Below the pieces are notes generated by a model. It was given only the letters and a program-made list of their open reading frames with translations. It was not told the origin of the DNA and did no database searches. DNA of 62,974 bases, the filler included, from Thraustochytrium aureum (taxonomy: Eukaryota), in NCBI GenBank assembly GCA_012862495.1. It is 4 parts of 4 records of this genome, joined end to end, with 100 filler letters (N's around TTAATTAATTAA, not from the genome) between each part and the next. Parts side by side here need not be neighbours in the genome. Positions count along the whole stretch, not along the records: positions 1 to 18,550 come from BLSG01000087.1; 3 more parts are not named here. One strand, given 5' to 3'. The position numbers and the translations under genes were made by a program. Positions within the stretch are counted from its first letter, which is position 1, and every line of letters starts with the position of its first letter. Shown one piece after another: positions 1 through 9,763 of this stretch.

Positions 1-1975
1 CACTGAGTGCTGGCTCAACGGCTGCGGATTCGGCTGCTGGCGGTGCCGTGGTAATCAACGGAGGCGCGGGCACTTCAGCAACGGGAAGCATAGGCGGGGA
101 CGTGTCCATTTCCGGCGGGGCAAGCGCTGCGGGAACTGGTGGCTCGCTGACTCTCTCGAGCGGCACAGCGCGCATCTAGCAGTGGCAAAATCTCAATCAT
201 GACCGCAGACGGCGGGACCGTCGGAACAAGCGGGGCTGTGATAGTCAGCACCGGCTCGACCTCGGTGGGAGACACCGGCGAGGTGCTGATCGCAAGTGGA
301 AGTGCCGCATATGGTCGTGCCGGCGAGATTACCCTGCGGGTTGGCGAAACCGACACGGGTAGTGGCGGTGGATTGACACTGAGTGCCGGCTCAACGACTG
401 CGGATTCGGTTTCTGGCGGTGCTGTAGTAATCAACGGAGGCGCAGGCACTTCAGCAACGGGAGGCATAGGCGGGGACGTGTCCATTACCGGCGGGGCAAG
501 CGCTGCGGAAACTGGTGGCTCGCTGACTCTCTCGAGCGGCAACAGCGCCGCATCTAGCAGTGGCAAAATCTCAATCATGACCGCAGACGGCGGGACCGTC
601 GGAACAAGCGGGGCTGTGATAGTCAGCACCGGCTCGACCTCGATGGGAGACACTGGCGAGGTGCTGATCGCAACTGGAAGTGCCACATCGGGGGCTAGCG
701 GGGCGATAGCGCTCCTTGTTGGCTCCGGCGACTCGGGCAGAGGAGGCTCGATCGTGCTGAGCTCAGGAGTTTCCTTGTCATCAACAGGCGGGTCGATCAG
801 CTTGACCAGCGGCGCAGGGGTGGCCACCAGCAGCGGAGATATCATCTTGGCAACAGCCCCTGGTGGAACATCCGGGACGAGCGGGGCTGTGACGATCTCG
901 ACGGGCACTGCAAGTATGGGAGATTCTGGATCGATATCGATCGCAACCGGACATGCAACTACGGGGGCTGGTGGGTCGATATCGCTCGTCGTTGGCGACA
1001 GCGNNNNNNNNNNNNNNNNNNNNNNNNNNNNNNNNNNNNNNNNNNNNNNNNNNNNNNNNNNNNNNNNNNNNNNNNNNNNNNNNNNNNNNNNNNNNNNNNN
1101 NNNNNNNNNNNNNNNNNNNNNNNNNNNNNNNNNNNNNNNNNNNNNNNNNNNNNNNNNNNNNNNNNNNNNNNNNNNNNNNNNNNNNNNNNNNNNNNNNNNN
1201 NNNNNNNNNNNNNNNNNNNNNNNNNNNNNNNNNNNNNNNNNNNNNNNNNNNNNNNNNNNNNNNNNNNNNNNNNNNNNNNNNNNNNNNNNNNNNNNNNNNN
1301 NNNNNNNNNNNNNNNNNNNNNNNNNNNNNNNNNNNNNNNNNNNNNNNNNNNNNNNNNNNNNNNNNNNNNNNNNNNNNNNNNNNNNNNNNNNNNNNNNNNN
1401 NNNNNNNNNNNNNNNNNNNNNTACTGAGTGCCGGCTTAACGGCTGCGGATTCGGTTGCTGGCGGTGCTGTGGTAATCAACGGAGGCGCAGGCACTTCAGC
1501 AACGGGAAGCATAGGCGGGGGCGTGTCCATTACCGGCGGGGCAAGCGCTGCGGAAACTGGTGGCTCGCTGAGTCTCTTGAGCGGCTACAGCGTCGCATCT
1601 AGCAGTGGCAAAATCTCAATCATGACCGCAGACGGCGGGGCCGTCGGAACAAGCGGGGCTGTGATAGTCAGCACCGGCTCGGCCACGATGGGAGACACCG
1701 GCGAGGTGCTGATCGCAACTGGAAGTGCCACATCGGGGGCTAGCGGGGCGATATCGCTCCTTGTTGGTTCCGGCGACTCGGGCAGCGGAGGCTCGATCGT
1801 GTTGAGCTCAGGAGTTTCCTTGTCATCAACAGGCGGGTCGATCAGCTTGACCAGCGGCGCGGGGGTGGCCACCAGCAGCGGAGATATCATCTTGGCAACA
1901 GCCCCTGGTGGAACATCCGGGACGAGCGGGGCTGTGACGATCTCGACGGGCACTACAAGTATGGGAGATTCTGGC
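1..1975 (+). repeat. Intragenic near-identical DNA repeats (about 378-bp module plus an extended module)
   Basis: (c/t)actgagtgc(t/c)ggct starts at 1, 377 and 1422. Region 377-925 is almost identical to 1422-1970. Confidence 0.9.
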
Positions 1976-2590
1976 GAGGTGACTATCTCTACTGGAAACG
2001 CCGTCGACGGGGAGTCTGGTAAAATCGCGCTTTCAGTCGGCGATTCAGCAGCGAGTGTAGGCGGGTCCATCGTTCTTGCAGCAGGACGGAGCATGTCGAG
2101 CGCCACGGGTGGGTCTGTTATCGTCAAGGGAGGGGACTCGGCTTCAGCCTCCACTACGGGGGAAAATGGCGGCGAGGTCCTTTTGCAGGGTGGAGCTGGT
2201 CTCAAGGCCGGAGGGGTTAACATGTTGTCGTCCGACGGGACGAGCCAGATTGCACGTGCCGACGACTCTGGGTTTCAGGTTGGGCCAGCGAGCTGCGCCG
2301 TACTCTCCAGAGTCTCGAGGCATGTCGTTCTGGTAGACCTCGGCGGCGGCCTAGCTGCTGGGAGTGTAGCCGACCTGTCTATCACAGTATTGGGCGTCAC
2401 GGCAGGCGACCACGTCCTTCTATCGCCGCCTTCGAACGGATCAGCCACGCCCACTGGCCTGGTCTGGTCTGCATGGGCCAGCGCCGACGCGATCAACGTG
2501 CAGGTATTTAATGCAGGCGGGACGACCTCGACGGCTTCGGGGGACTGGCACGCCGCTGTCATTCGCTTCTCGCAGGACGGTACATGCTGA
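1..2590 (+). CDS. Gly/Ser/Thr-rich repeat protein (probable beta-solenoid/fibre) with a small C-terminal beta domain; 5'-partial, gap 1004-1421
   Basis: ORFs 199..1602 and 953..2590 encode the same GG-x-(I/V/L)-x-(I/L)-x-(S/T/A)-G units on both sides of the gap. The stop is at 2588-2590. Compared with copy 2, the first copy has two 1-nt deletions near 165-170. Confidence 0.85.
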
Positions 2591-4001
2591 GGAGGCGCAC
2601 CTGTTCGCAAGGTCTCCGGCACGCTGTCCTTGGCTCTGCGTTGCATGAAAACCAAGCTCGTTTAGAAGTCGACGGTATCTACCCGGCCGTTGGCGAAGCC
2701 CTCTTCGTCGCCAGATTCCCCCAAGTGACAGGGACATGGAGCAAAGACAGCGGGGGGAAGCCGAAGTCGCTGTTTAAAGTTCCTTCTTTCCCCACCAAGA
2801 ACGAGCAACAGGAGCTGCAACGAGAGGTCCCGGCTGAGGTTTGCGAAGCAGCAGCGGCCACCGCCAAGGCAGACTGGTTGGCAGCAACCGCGACGAGACG
2901 ACCAGCTAGCTCAATTGTCCAATGCTGTGGACCAACCTCGCCTTTGAAAAAACGGTACGGAGCACTGCGGAGCTCGGAAACCGCGCACAATGGACCGGCC
3001 GGCCGTGACCGTGCATACCTAGCTCTAGCTAGCTCTACAAGAGGTATCAAAAACGAAACAGCGCTTCTTGAACTGCAGTTCGCGAAAGGATTTCCACCGT
3101 GCCTTTCAGGTCGCACCTCCCGTCTTTTAGCGTCGCGATCCAAATGGAGTACATCAAAAAAGCCACTCGTGACCATCGATCGGCTTTGAGAGCACAGACG
3201 AGTACTCTACTACTCCCCCAACAACGCGTTGAGCCAATGCATGTCTGGCGCACGTTGCTGCTCCCGCACAGCGCCAGTCTTCGGCGCTTCATCAGAGCGC
3301 GCGGCGGCAGGCAAGAGTCACGAGCACGAAGCTCGCAAGAACAGCCTGCCGCTCAGCGCCCACCCTCGCCACTCTCGCAGACATCGGCATGCCTCTCGCA
3401 GCTGCTGCCCTACCTTCGCAAGAGGTTCGCAACGCCAACGCGTCACGGGCCGCTTCGACTGCCCATCCACGTTGATCCAGCTCTTGCGTTACTCGAACTA
3501 CCAACAAGGCAAAACTGCTGCTAGAAGCGTGGTCGAGGCGTTCAACTTGGCAGGTCCAGCCGCGGTGTGAGGGTCCTCGACAGGCTGGTGCGCGACTCGG
3601 ACGGCATCAATTCGCTGCAAGCCCGGCAAAAACCCACGTCGCAAGCAGCAAGCGGGTCATCAGGGCGGCGCCAATCCTTCCCAAACCGTCGCCAAAGCCG
3701 CCTTAAACCCGCCGTGCGCGGAGTTGAACCCCTGTATCTCTATCTGAGACGCCCCCACGCTCAGCCGGGAGCTGCGCGCGCAAGGTGGATCGCTCGCGAT
3801 CCAGTGACTCGATTGACTGTCATGATCCTGCCAGTGGACCTCGAGCCGGCTTCTCGTCAATCGCGTCTCTTCGAGTATACCTCACCTCAATCAAGTGGAG
3901 TCTCTTCGCTTGTTTGGCCTCCGTGAGGCTGCGTCCTTCGACCAGCTGGCAGTCCCCGATCACCGATCGGCATGAGGCGAGGTCGGGACTCGGACGGCAG
4001 C

Positions 4002-5633
4002 ATGGATTCCATCGCAGGCGGCGAGCTTGACCATCAAGGTCGCAGCTCGCACTCAATGGCAGGTGACACGGTTGATTTCACAAGTGACGAGCTCGACGAG
4101 CTTCTCGACGAGCTCGACGAGCTTCGAAGCTTGGTCTGGTCGGACGAGGATAGCGAGCTGGACTTTGGGTCGCCTGACAGCTCGGTGGGCGGCACAGGTC
4201 GCGAGGGCACACCCGACTCCGCGGCGGACGGTCTGCAGGAAGATGGTGGCGATTTTCGCCTCTTATGACCGGGGANNNNNNNNNNNNNNNNNNNNNNNNN
4301 NNNNNNNNNNNNNNNNNNNNNNNNNNNNNNNNNNNNNNNNNNNNNNNNNNNNNNNNNNNNNNNNNNNNNNNNNNNNNNNNNNNNNNNNNNNNNNNNNNNN
4401 NNNNNNNNNNNNNNNNNNNNNNNNNNNNNNNNNNNNNNNNNNNNNNNNNNNNNNNNNNNNNNNNNNNNNNNNNNNNNNNNNNNNNNNNNNNNNNNNNNNN
4501 NNNNNNNNNNNNNNNNNNNNNNNNNNNNNNNNNNNNNNNNNNNNNNNNNNNNNNNNNNNNNNNNNNNNNNNNNNNNNNNNNNNNNNNNNNNNNNNNNNNN
4601 NNNNNNNNNNNNNNNNNNNNNNNNNNNNNNNNNNNNNNNNNNNNNNNNNNNNNNNNNNNNNNNNNNNNNNNNNNNNNNNNNNNNNNNNNNNNNNNNNNNN
4701 NNNNNNNNNNNNNNNNNNNNNNNNNNNNNNNNNNNNNNNNNNNNNNNNNNNNNNNNNNNNNNNNNNNNNNNNNNNNNNNNNNNNNNNNNNNNNNNNNNNN
4801 NNNNNNNNNNNNNNNNNNTTGTGACAAGCTCAGGCGCCTATGACGTTCTTATCATCACAGTCGGCTTTGAGGACCCCGCGCTGTGGCTTCTTTGCCGTCT
4901 TCGTCGTAAGAGCACGCCAAACGAGAAGGACAGTGGCTCGGACAATCGCAGCAGCGACGGCGATGGTAGGGGCAGCGGCGGCCACCGTGACGGCGGCGGT
5001 GGCAACGACCAAGGGAGCAGTCCGAACAGCAGCAACTCAACTGCGTCTGGCAAAAGCAAGCGCAAGAGCCCGCCGAGCGGGGGGAGCGGCGGTTTCGACA
5101 AAAAGGTGCGCCAGGCCTCCCTGCGCGCGAGCGAGGCGCTCGGCACCGGTGACCTCACTTGCACCGAGCTCCTACTGCGGGCGCCGGACCTTGCCCTGGT
5201 CTGGCCGGATGACCCGATCGCAGGCTTGCTTGGGTCCTTTCCGCAACTGTTCGAGCGTGCGGCGAACGGCCGCGTCCGACTGCGCTGCCTTCCTACTGCT
5301 GTCGACCCCAAGCTCATCACGGAGGAATCGTGCGAGGACCCGTCGCCGCTCCAGGGGCTCTCCACCCAGGTTGCTGCACTGGACATCGGCGCGGACCGAC
5401 ATGGCAGCCAACACCGCGATGGGCCTGGCCACGAGGGGCAGGGGCGCGCGCACGGCGCGACAGCTTGTGCGCAGCAGCTTGCTGATGCGCAAGATGTGCT
5501 CCAATCCACGAGCTCTATCGAGGCGGCAGTGAGCGACCGCGACCTCACGCAAGAACAACAAGTCGACAAGAACGCGGATGCGATAGACCGCGTCGGTTGG
5601 GGCAGGCTTTCCAGGAGCGGCGGGCCGTCATGA
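4002..5633 (+). CDS. Hypothetical low-complexity protein spanning a gap; possibly degenerate
   Basis: Acidic ORF (DELDELLDELDEL) before the gap and a 270-aa G/S-rich ORF after it. No recognisable domain, and the join is inferred. Confidence 0.3.
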
Positions 5634-6079
5634 GTAGAAGGACACACACTTTTCCCTACGACCTCGGCAAGGCCGGTTTGGCATACAGCGACGCCCCATC
5701 GTGCGAGCGTCGATGTACGACCCAAACCGGCCTTGCCGATATCCAGGATGAAGAGGTACCCCGCTCATGTCGGCGCTGTCTGCAACCAGCTTGGGAAGCT
5801 CAGCAGCTTCAGAAAGAATTAACAATCGACGATCCAATGATTCCAACCCGTGCATTCCTCCGCCGCTTGATGGGCCTTCGCCAGAGAGCCATGATGAATG
5901 CGATTTGGTGATTACTCTAAAAGGTGGGCCTTCTCCGCCCGCGAAAGGCTTTGATCTTCTTTCCAGGCGGATCCCGGCAACTCAACTGTGCCAAATGCAT
6001 GCGTCCGGTGCCCTGCCCGAACTTGGAGCCCTTGCAAGGGTTGCGTTGAGCCAAGGTACTTCCCCGCAGATCTCCGCTT

Positions 6080-6712
6080 GTGCAGGGCGCAGCCAGGTTG
6101 GGCGTGGGCAGTTCCGGATTGACCCGACTCCTTCGCGCGATGGACGGCGGCACCTTGAGTCCGGCGCAGGCTGTGGTCTTGCAGTTGGCTGCATACCAAC
6201 TGAGCAACATCCCCGACAGGACAGAGCGGACGCCGCTGAGAGTCAAAGAGGCGCTGGAAAGACCAGGCGGCCTCCTGTTGCGGCTTCACTCGACCTTTGA
6301 TGGCAACTTTGCCGCAGTTCACGTGGACGTCGGGCACACAACCGAGGACGGCATCAATATATTTTACGGCGTCAAGGCCCAGGGTCCGTACGTGAACTGG
6401 GAGGCGGGCCGCGGCGGCGCGTGCGATGCCAAAGCCGCACTGCGATGGATCCGGCTGGACCCGTTCCTGCCCCAGAGCAGCTCTGAAAAAACCGGATTCC
6501 TTCAAGAAGAAAAGTCCAGGCGCAAGCGGCTGCGCTATGTGAACGGCGACAGCGTTGAGCCCTCGCCAGCCTTGGAGCGCGTCGAGGCTCTGTGCCTCAA
6601 AGTCGGCAGCCAGCACTTTGTCTTGTTTGTGGGCATCACGCTCCCTTCGCTTGCTGAGATATTGCGCGGTGCTTACGAGGGCGCCGCCCCGGGCGGCTCT
6701 GGCAGAGCATAG
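6080..6712 (+). CDS. Hypothetical protein, possibly the 3' part of a frameshifted gene
   Basis: 210-aa ORF with globular-looking composition; no motif recognised. Confidence 0.3.
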   Translation: MQGAARLGVGSSGLTRLLRAMDGGTLSPAQAVVLQLAAYQLSNIPDRTERTPLRVKEALERPGGLLLRLHSTFDGNFAAVHVDVGHTTEDGINIFYGVKAQGPYVNWEAGRGGACDAKAALRWIRLDPFLPQSSSEKTGFLQEEKSRRKRLRYVNGDSVEPSPALERVEALCLKVGSQHFVLFVGITLPSLAEILRGAYEGAAPGGSGRA

Positions 6713-7082
6713 TTCTGCAGCTGCCAGTGGTGGGCAACGCGATCGGTGCGGCCCGTGCGGGTGGATCGAGGCCGCCGGACTGCGATCGATGCAGCCCATG
6801 GGCGGCCGCCCAAACCGACTCTGAGGTACAAGCAAACAAAACCTTTCCCTTTCCAGAGCTCACCGCTCGGTGCGTTGCGCGTCTCACAACTTGCGACTCG
6901 TAGCAGAACAACCGCGTACGACCGACGCAGAGCGGCTCAGCAGGCGCTTGAGAGCCCTCAGGCTGGTCACTGCGCGTGCACAGCACATCCTCGAGTACTC
7001 GCTCACTGCATTGGTTGCACGTGAGTAGGTAGGTATTTTTCAAGAAGATGCCAGGCCTCTCCCGGCGCTCTCGGGCACTCCC

Positions 7083-9542
7083 ATGCAGAATGACCAACAA
7101 TCTAACATGGGTCCAGGCACACACTGCCACCTGCCGGACTTCGTCGAGTACTGTCTCGAGGACAACGCACGCAGGCAGGCTACCAGGCACGCTGGATTGC
7201 CGGGTTGCGGAGCCGCTGGCCTGGATGGTTTGGCTACTCGATGGGGCCAGACCCCCAACCAAACATCGAAGAGCACGACGACGCCAAGCATGGCAGAACA
7301 GCTCATGGCGAGGCTCAACGAGGCGGCCAAGAGCGGGGACTTGCAAAGAGTGAAGGATGCTCTGGCGGCCACAACGTCCGAGGACGACATGCCAGGTCCA
7401 ATGTGCGAGGAGAACGAGCTGACCAGCGCTTTGCTCCAAGCCGCCGGGGCAGAGGCAGACAAGGCGGCGCAGCTCGTGGGGGAGCCCTTAACGGCAGCGA
7501 CAATTTCTGCACTTGCAGAGCGACCGCAGGTCGACCGCGAAAGCATGCGCGTTGGCGCAGCGTCGACCCCGCAAACCCCACACTCTGTTTGTGGCAAGTC
7601 TGCGTCGCTGATGGTAGGATTGCCCATCACCTCCAAAGGCCTCTCGGAAGAGGAGGCGCTGCAGCGCCTGCGAGATCTGGCGCAAGGGCTCCCCGCCGAG
7701 GCGCACTGCTATGTGGCGGTCGACCGCGACGACGCTGTTTACGCGCACAGAGACACCGCGTGGCTGGAGAGCCTTCTCGGCCGCCCCTGCTCGCTGACAA
7801 TGCTGGAAGCTCGAGCACCAGGCGAGGTCTTCCCAATTTGCAAGGTTTACAACATGCTCGTGCGGACCGCGTTTTGCGACGGGAAGGACTACTTTGTCCT
7901 CCTTGGCGACGACGTGCGACTCAGCACCAACACCTGGTTCCCGGCAGTGGTGCAAGCGTTTCGTGACATGCAAGGCTCCGCTTTAGTCTCTACGTTCGGA
8001 TTCGGGGTCGTTGCCATACACGACGAGACGGCCCCGGGGTTCCCGACATTCCCCATCGTGCACAGGACGCATGTAGAGCACTTCAAAGGCGAATTCTGCC
8101 CCCAGGACTTTGTGAACCAGGACGCTGACCCGTGGGTGTGGGAGGTTTACCGGCGCTTTGCGGCGACCGCGTTTCTGGAAAAGTCGCACGTGTCGCTCTA
8201 CAATGCGGTGGGTGGCACCGACGGGACGCCGCGGTACGAAAGGCTCCACCTGGACGGTTGGAAGGACCGTGTGCTGCAGCAGAGCGTCGAGCGCGTGCGC
8301 CAGCGGAATCAGTTGCCGATTTCGACGCTCACCAACTGCATCGACGTCGTCGTCCCAACGTTTCGTCTCATCCTGCCCATGCTCGAAGGCATCGTCAAGC
8401 TAAAAACCCCTGCCTTGACGTCTACGCTCTTCATCATCATCGTTGACAACCCCGACTCGCCCAACGTCGCGGCAGTCAAGGAACTGGAGCGCCGGTACGC
8501 GCCGCACGTGCGGGTGCGCGTCCAGCCGCGCAATATGGGCGTTGTCGCCGCGCGCAACCGTGGCATCGAGGAGAGCGCCGCCGATTGGATCCTCTTTCTC
8601 GACGATGACGTCGAGCCGAGCAAGTCGTGCCTGTATGAATACACCCGCAGCGTTCGATCCTTCGGAAGCGTCTCCTCGGGGTTCGTGGGGCCGACCACCT
8701 TTCCGCCGGCAGAGACGCGTCGCAGTCGTGCGGTGCAGTTGAGCGGCATAACGTTCTTCTGGGCTCTCGCTGCCGATTCGGGTTGGCCGTGGCACATGCA
8801 GGGCAACGACGCTAGCCCTGCCGCCATTCCGTGGGGTGTCACAGCAAACGTGATGCTTCGGCGCTTGGCTGGCGTTCGGTTTCGCCCTGGGTTTCCTGCC
8901 ACTGGTGGGGGCGAGGACATTGCAATGTGCCTCGACACCGCAGAGCGGGCTGGACTCCCGCTGCGGGTGTGTCCCAAGGGGCATGCTCGGCATCCTTGGT
9001 GGGAGAATGGCCGATTCTCTTCGTGGCGCTTCTTTTCGTGGACGCAGGGCGACGGTCTTCTCATCGACCTCTACCCCAACTTGGCCTTTTACGCTCCGCC
9101 AAACATCATCGAGCTGACCGCTGCCGGTGCGCTGCTTGGTGCGCTGGCAGCAATGACCTTGACGCCGAGCCACGTGAAGGCGGTGGCTGGCTGGGTTGCC
9201 TGGGCCTGGGCCTGCGAGTTCGTTGCCGACGGCGTGCAACACGCATGCGAGGGCGACATCAGCGCGGACTCGCTGTGCGGCGCGGGCTCGGGGTTTGGCA
9301 AGCGGGGCTGGTTGGGCGAACTCCAGGCAGCCTTGCTCTCCACCGTCATCAAAAACCATGTCGAGCTGGGCCACCTGTGGGTGCACCTCAAGCGCGGCCG
9401 AGTCGGCAACCTGTGCCGACGCTTCGACTGGTTCTGCGGTTACCACCCGCAGTTCGTGGCCGTTGAGCGCCGCAGAGCAGCCGTCCGCCTGCTATTCTTC
9501 TGTGCGCCCGTGCTCGTTGCGGCCGCGCGCTACGCCTTCTAG
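7083..9542 (+). CDS. Glycosyltransferase with two tandem GT-A/GT2-like domains and C-terminal TM helices (true start may be ATG 7290)
   Basis: Domain 1: GLPITS...YFVLLGDDV...GFPTFP...NQDADPW. Domain 2: IDVVVPTFR...IIVDN...AARNRGI...WILFLDDDV...GGEDI...RFFSWTQG. The C-terminus is hydrophobic. Confidence 0.88.
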   Translation: MQNDQQSNMGPGTHCHLPDFVEYCLEDNARRQATRHAGLPGCGAAGLDGLATRWGQTPNQTSKSTTTPSMAEQLMARLNEAAKSGDLQRVKDALAATTSEDDMPGPMCEENELTSALLQAAGAEADKAAQLVGEPLTAATISALAERPQVDRESMRVGAASTPQTPHSVCGKSASLMVGLPITSKGLSEEEALQRLRDLAQGLPAEAHCYVAVDRDDAVYAHRDTAWLESLLGRPCSLTMLEARAPGEVFPICKVYNMLVRTAFCDGKDYFVLLGDDVRLSTNTWFPAVVQAFRDMQGSALVSTFGFGVVAIHDETAPGFPTFPIVHRTHVEHFKGEFCPQDFVNQDADPWVWEVYRRFAATAFLEKSHVSLYNAVGGTDGTPRYERLHLDGWKDRVLQQSVERVRQRNQLPISTLTNCIDVVVPTFRLILPMLEGIVKLKTPALTSTLFIIIVDNPDSPNVAAVKELERRYAPHVRVRVQPRNMGVVAARNRGIEESAADWILFLDDDVEPSKSCLYEYTRSVRSFGSVSSGFVGPTTFPPAETRRSRAVQLSGITFFWALAADSGWPWHMQGNDASPAAIPWGVTANVMLRRLAGVRFRPGFPATGGGEDIAMCLDTAERAGLPLRVCPKGHARHPWWENGRFSSWRFFSWTQGDGLLIDLYPNLAFYAPPNIIELTAAGALLGALAAMTLTPSHVKAVAGWVAWAWACEFVADGVQHACEGDISADSLCGAGSGFGKRGWLGELQAALLSTVIKNHVELGHLWVHLKRGRVGNLCRRFDWFCGYHPQFVAVERRRAAVRLLFFCAPVLVAAARYAF

Positions 9543-9763
9543 AGCTCGAAAAGGCGAGGCTTGCGCAATCGCAAGCAGGCACGTGCGACGCCGCGAGGCG
9601 CAGGCCATCATGATTAGGACAGAGCAACCCCCCCAAAAGCTCCGCGAGGTCCGGCCCACTCCGCTCTCGATGCGCACGCGTGCGCGACTGGCAGCCCGGC
9701 GCTTCCGGTGCCCAACTTAAAGGCAGCAATACCAACGTAAAAGCGCTTCTCTTTCTCCAGGCG

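Noticed and set aside
75..2223. Pro-rich minus-strand ORFs (75..908, 1585..2223)
   Set aside because: Antisense shadows of the Gly-rich repeat gene.
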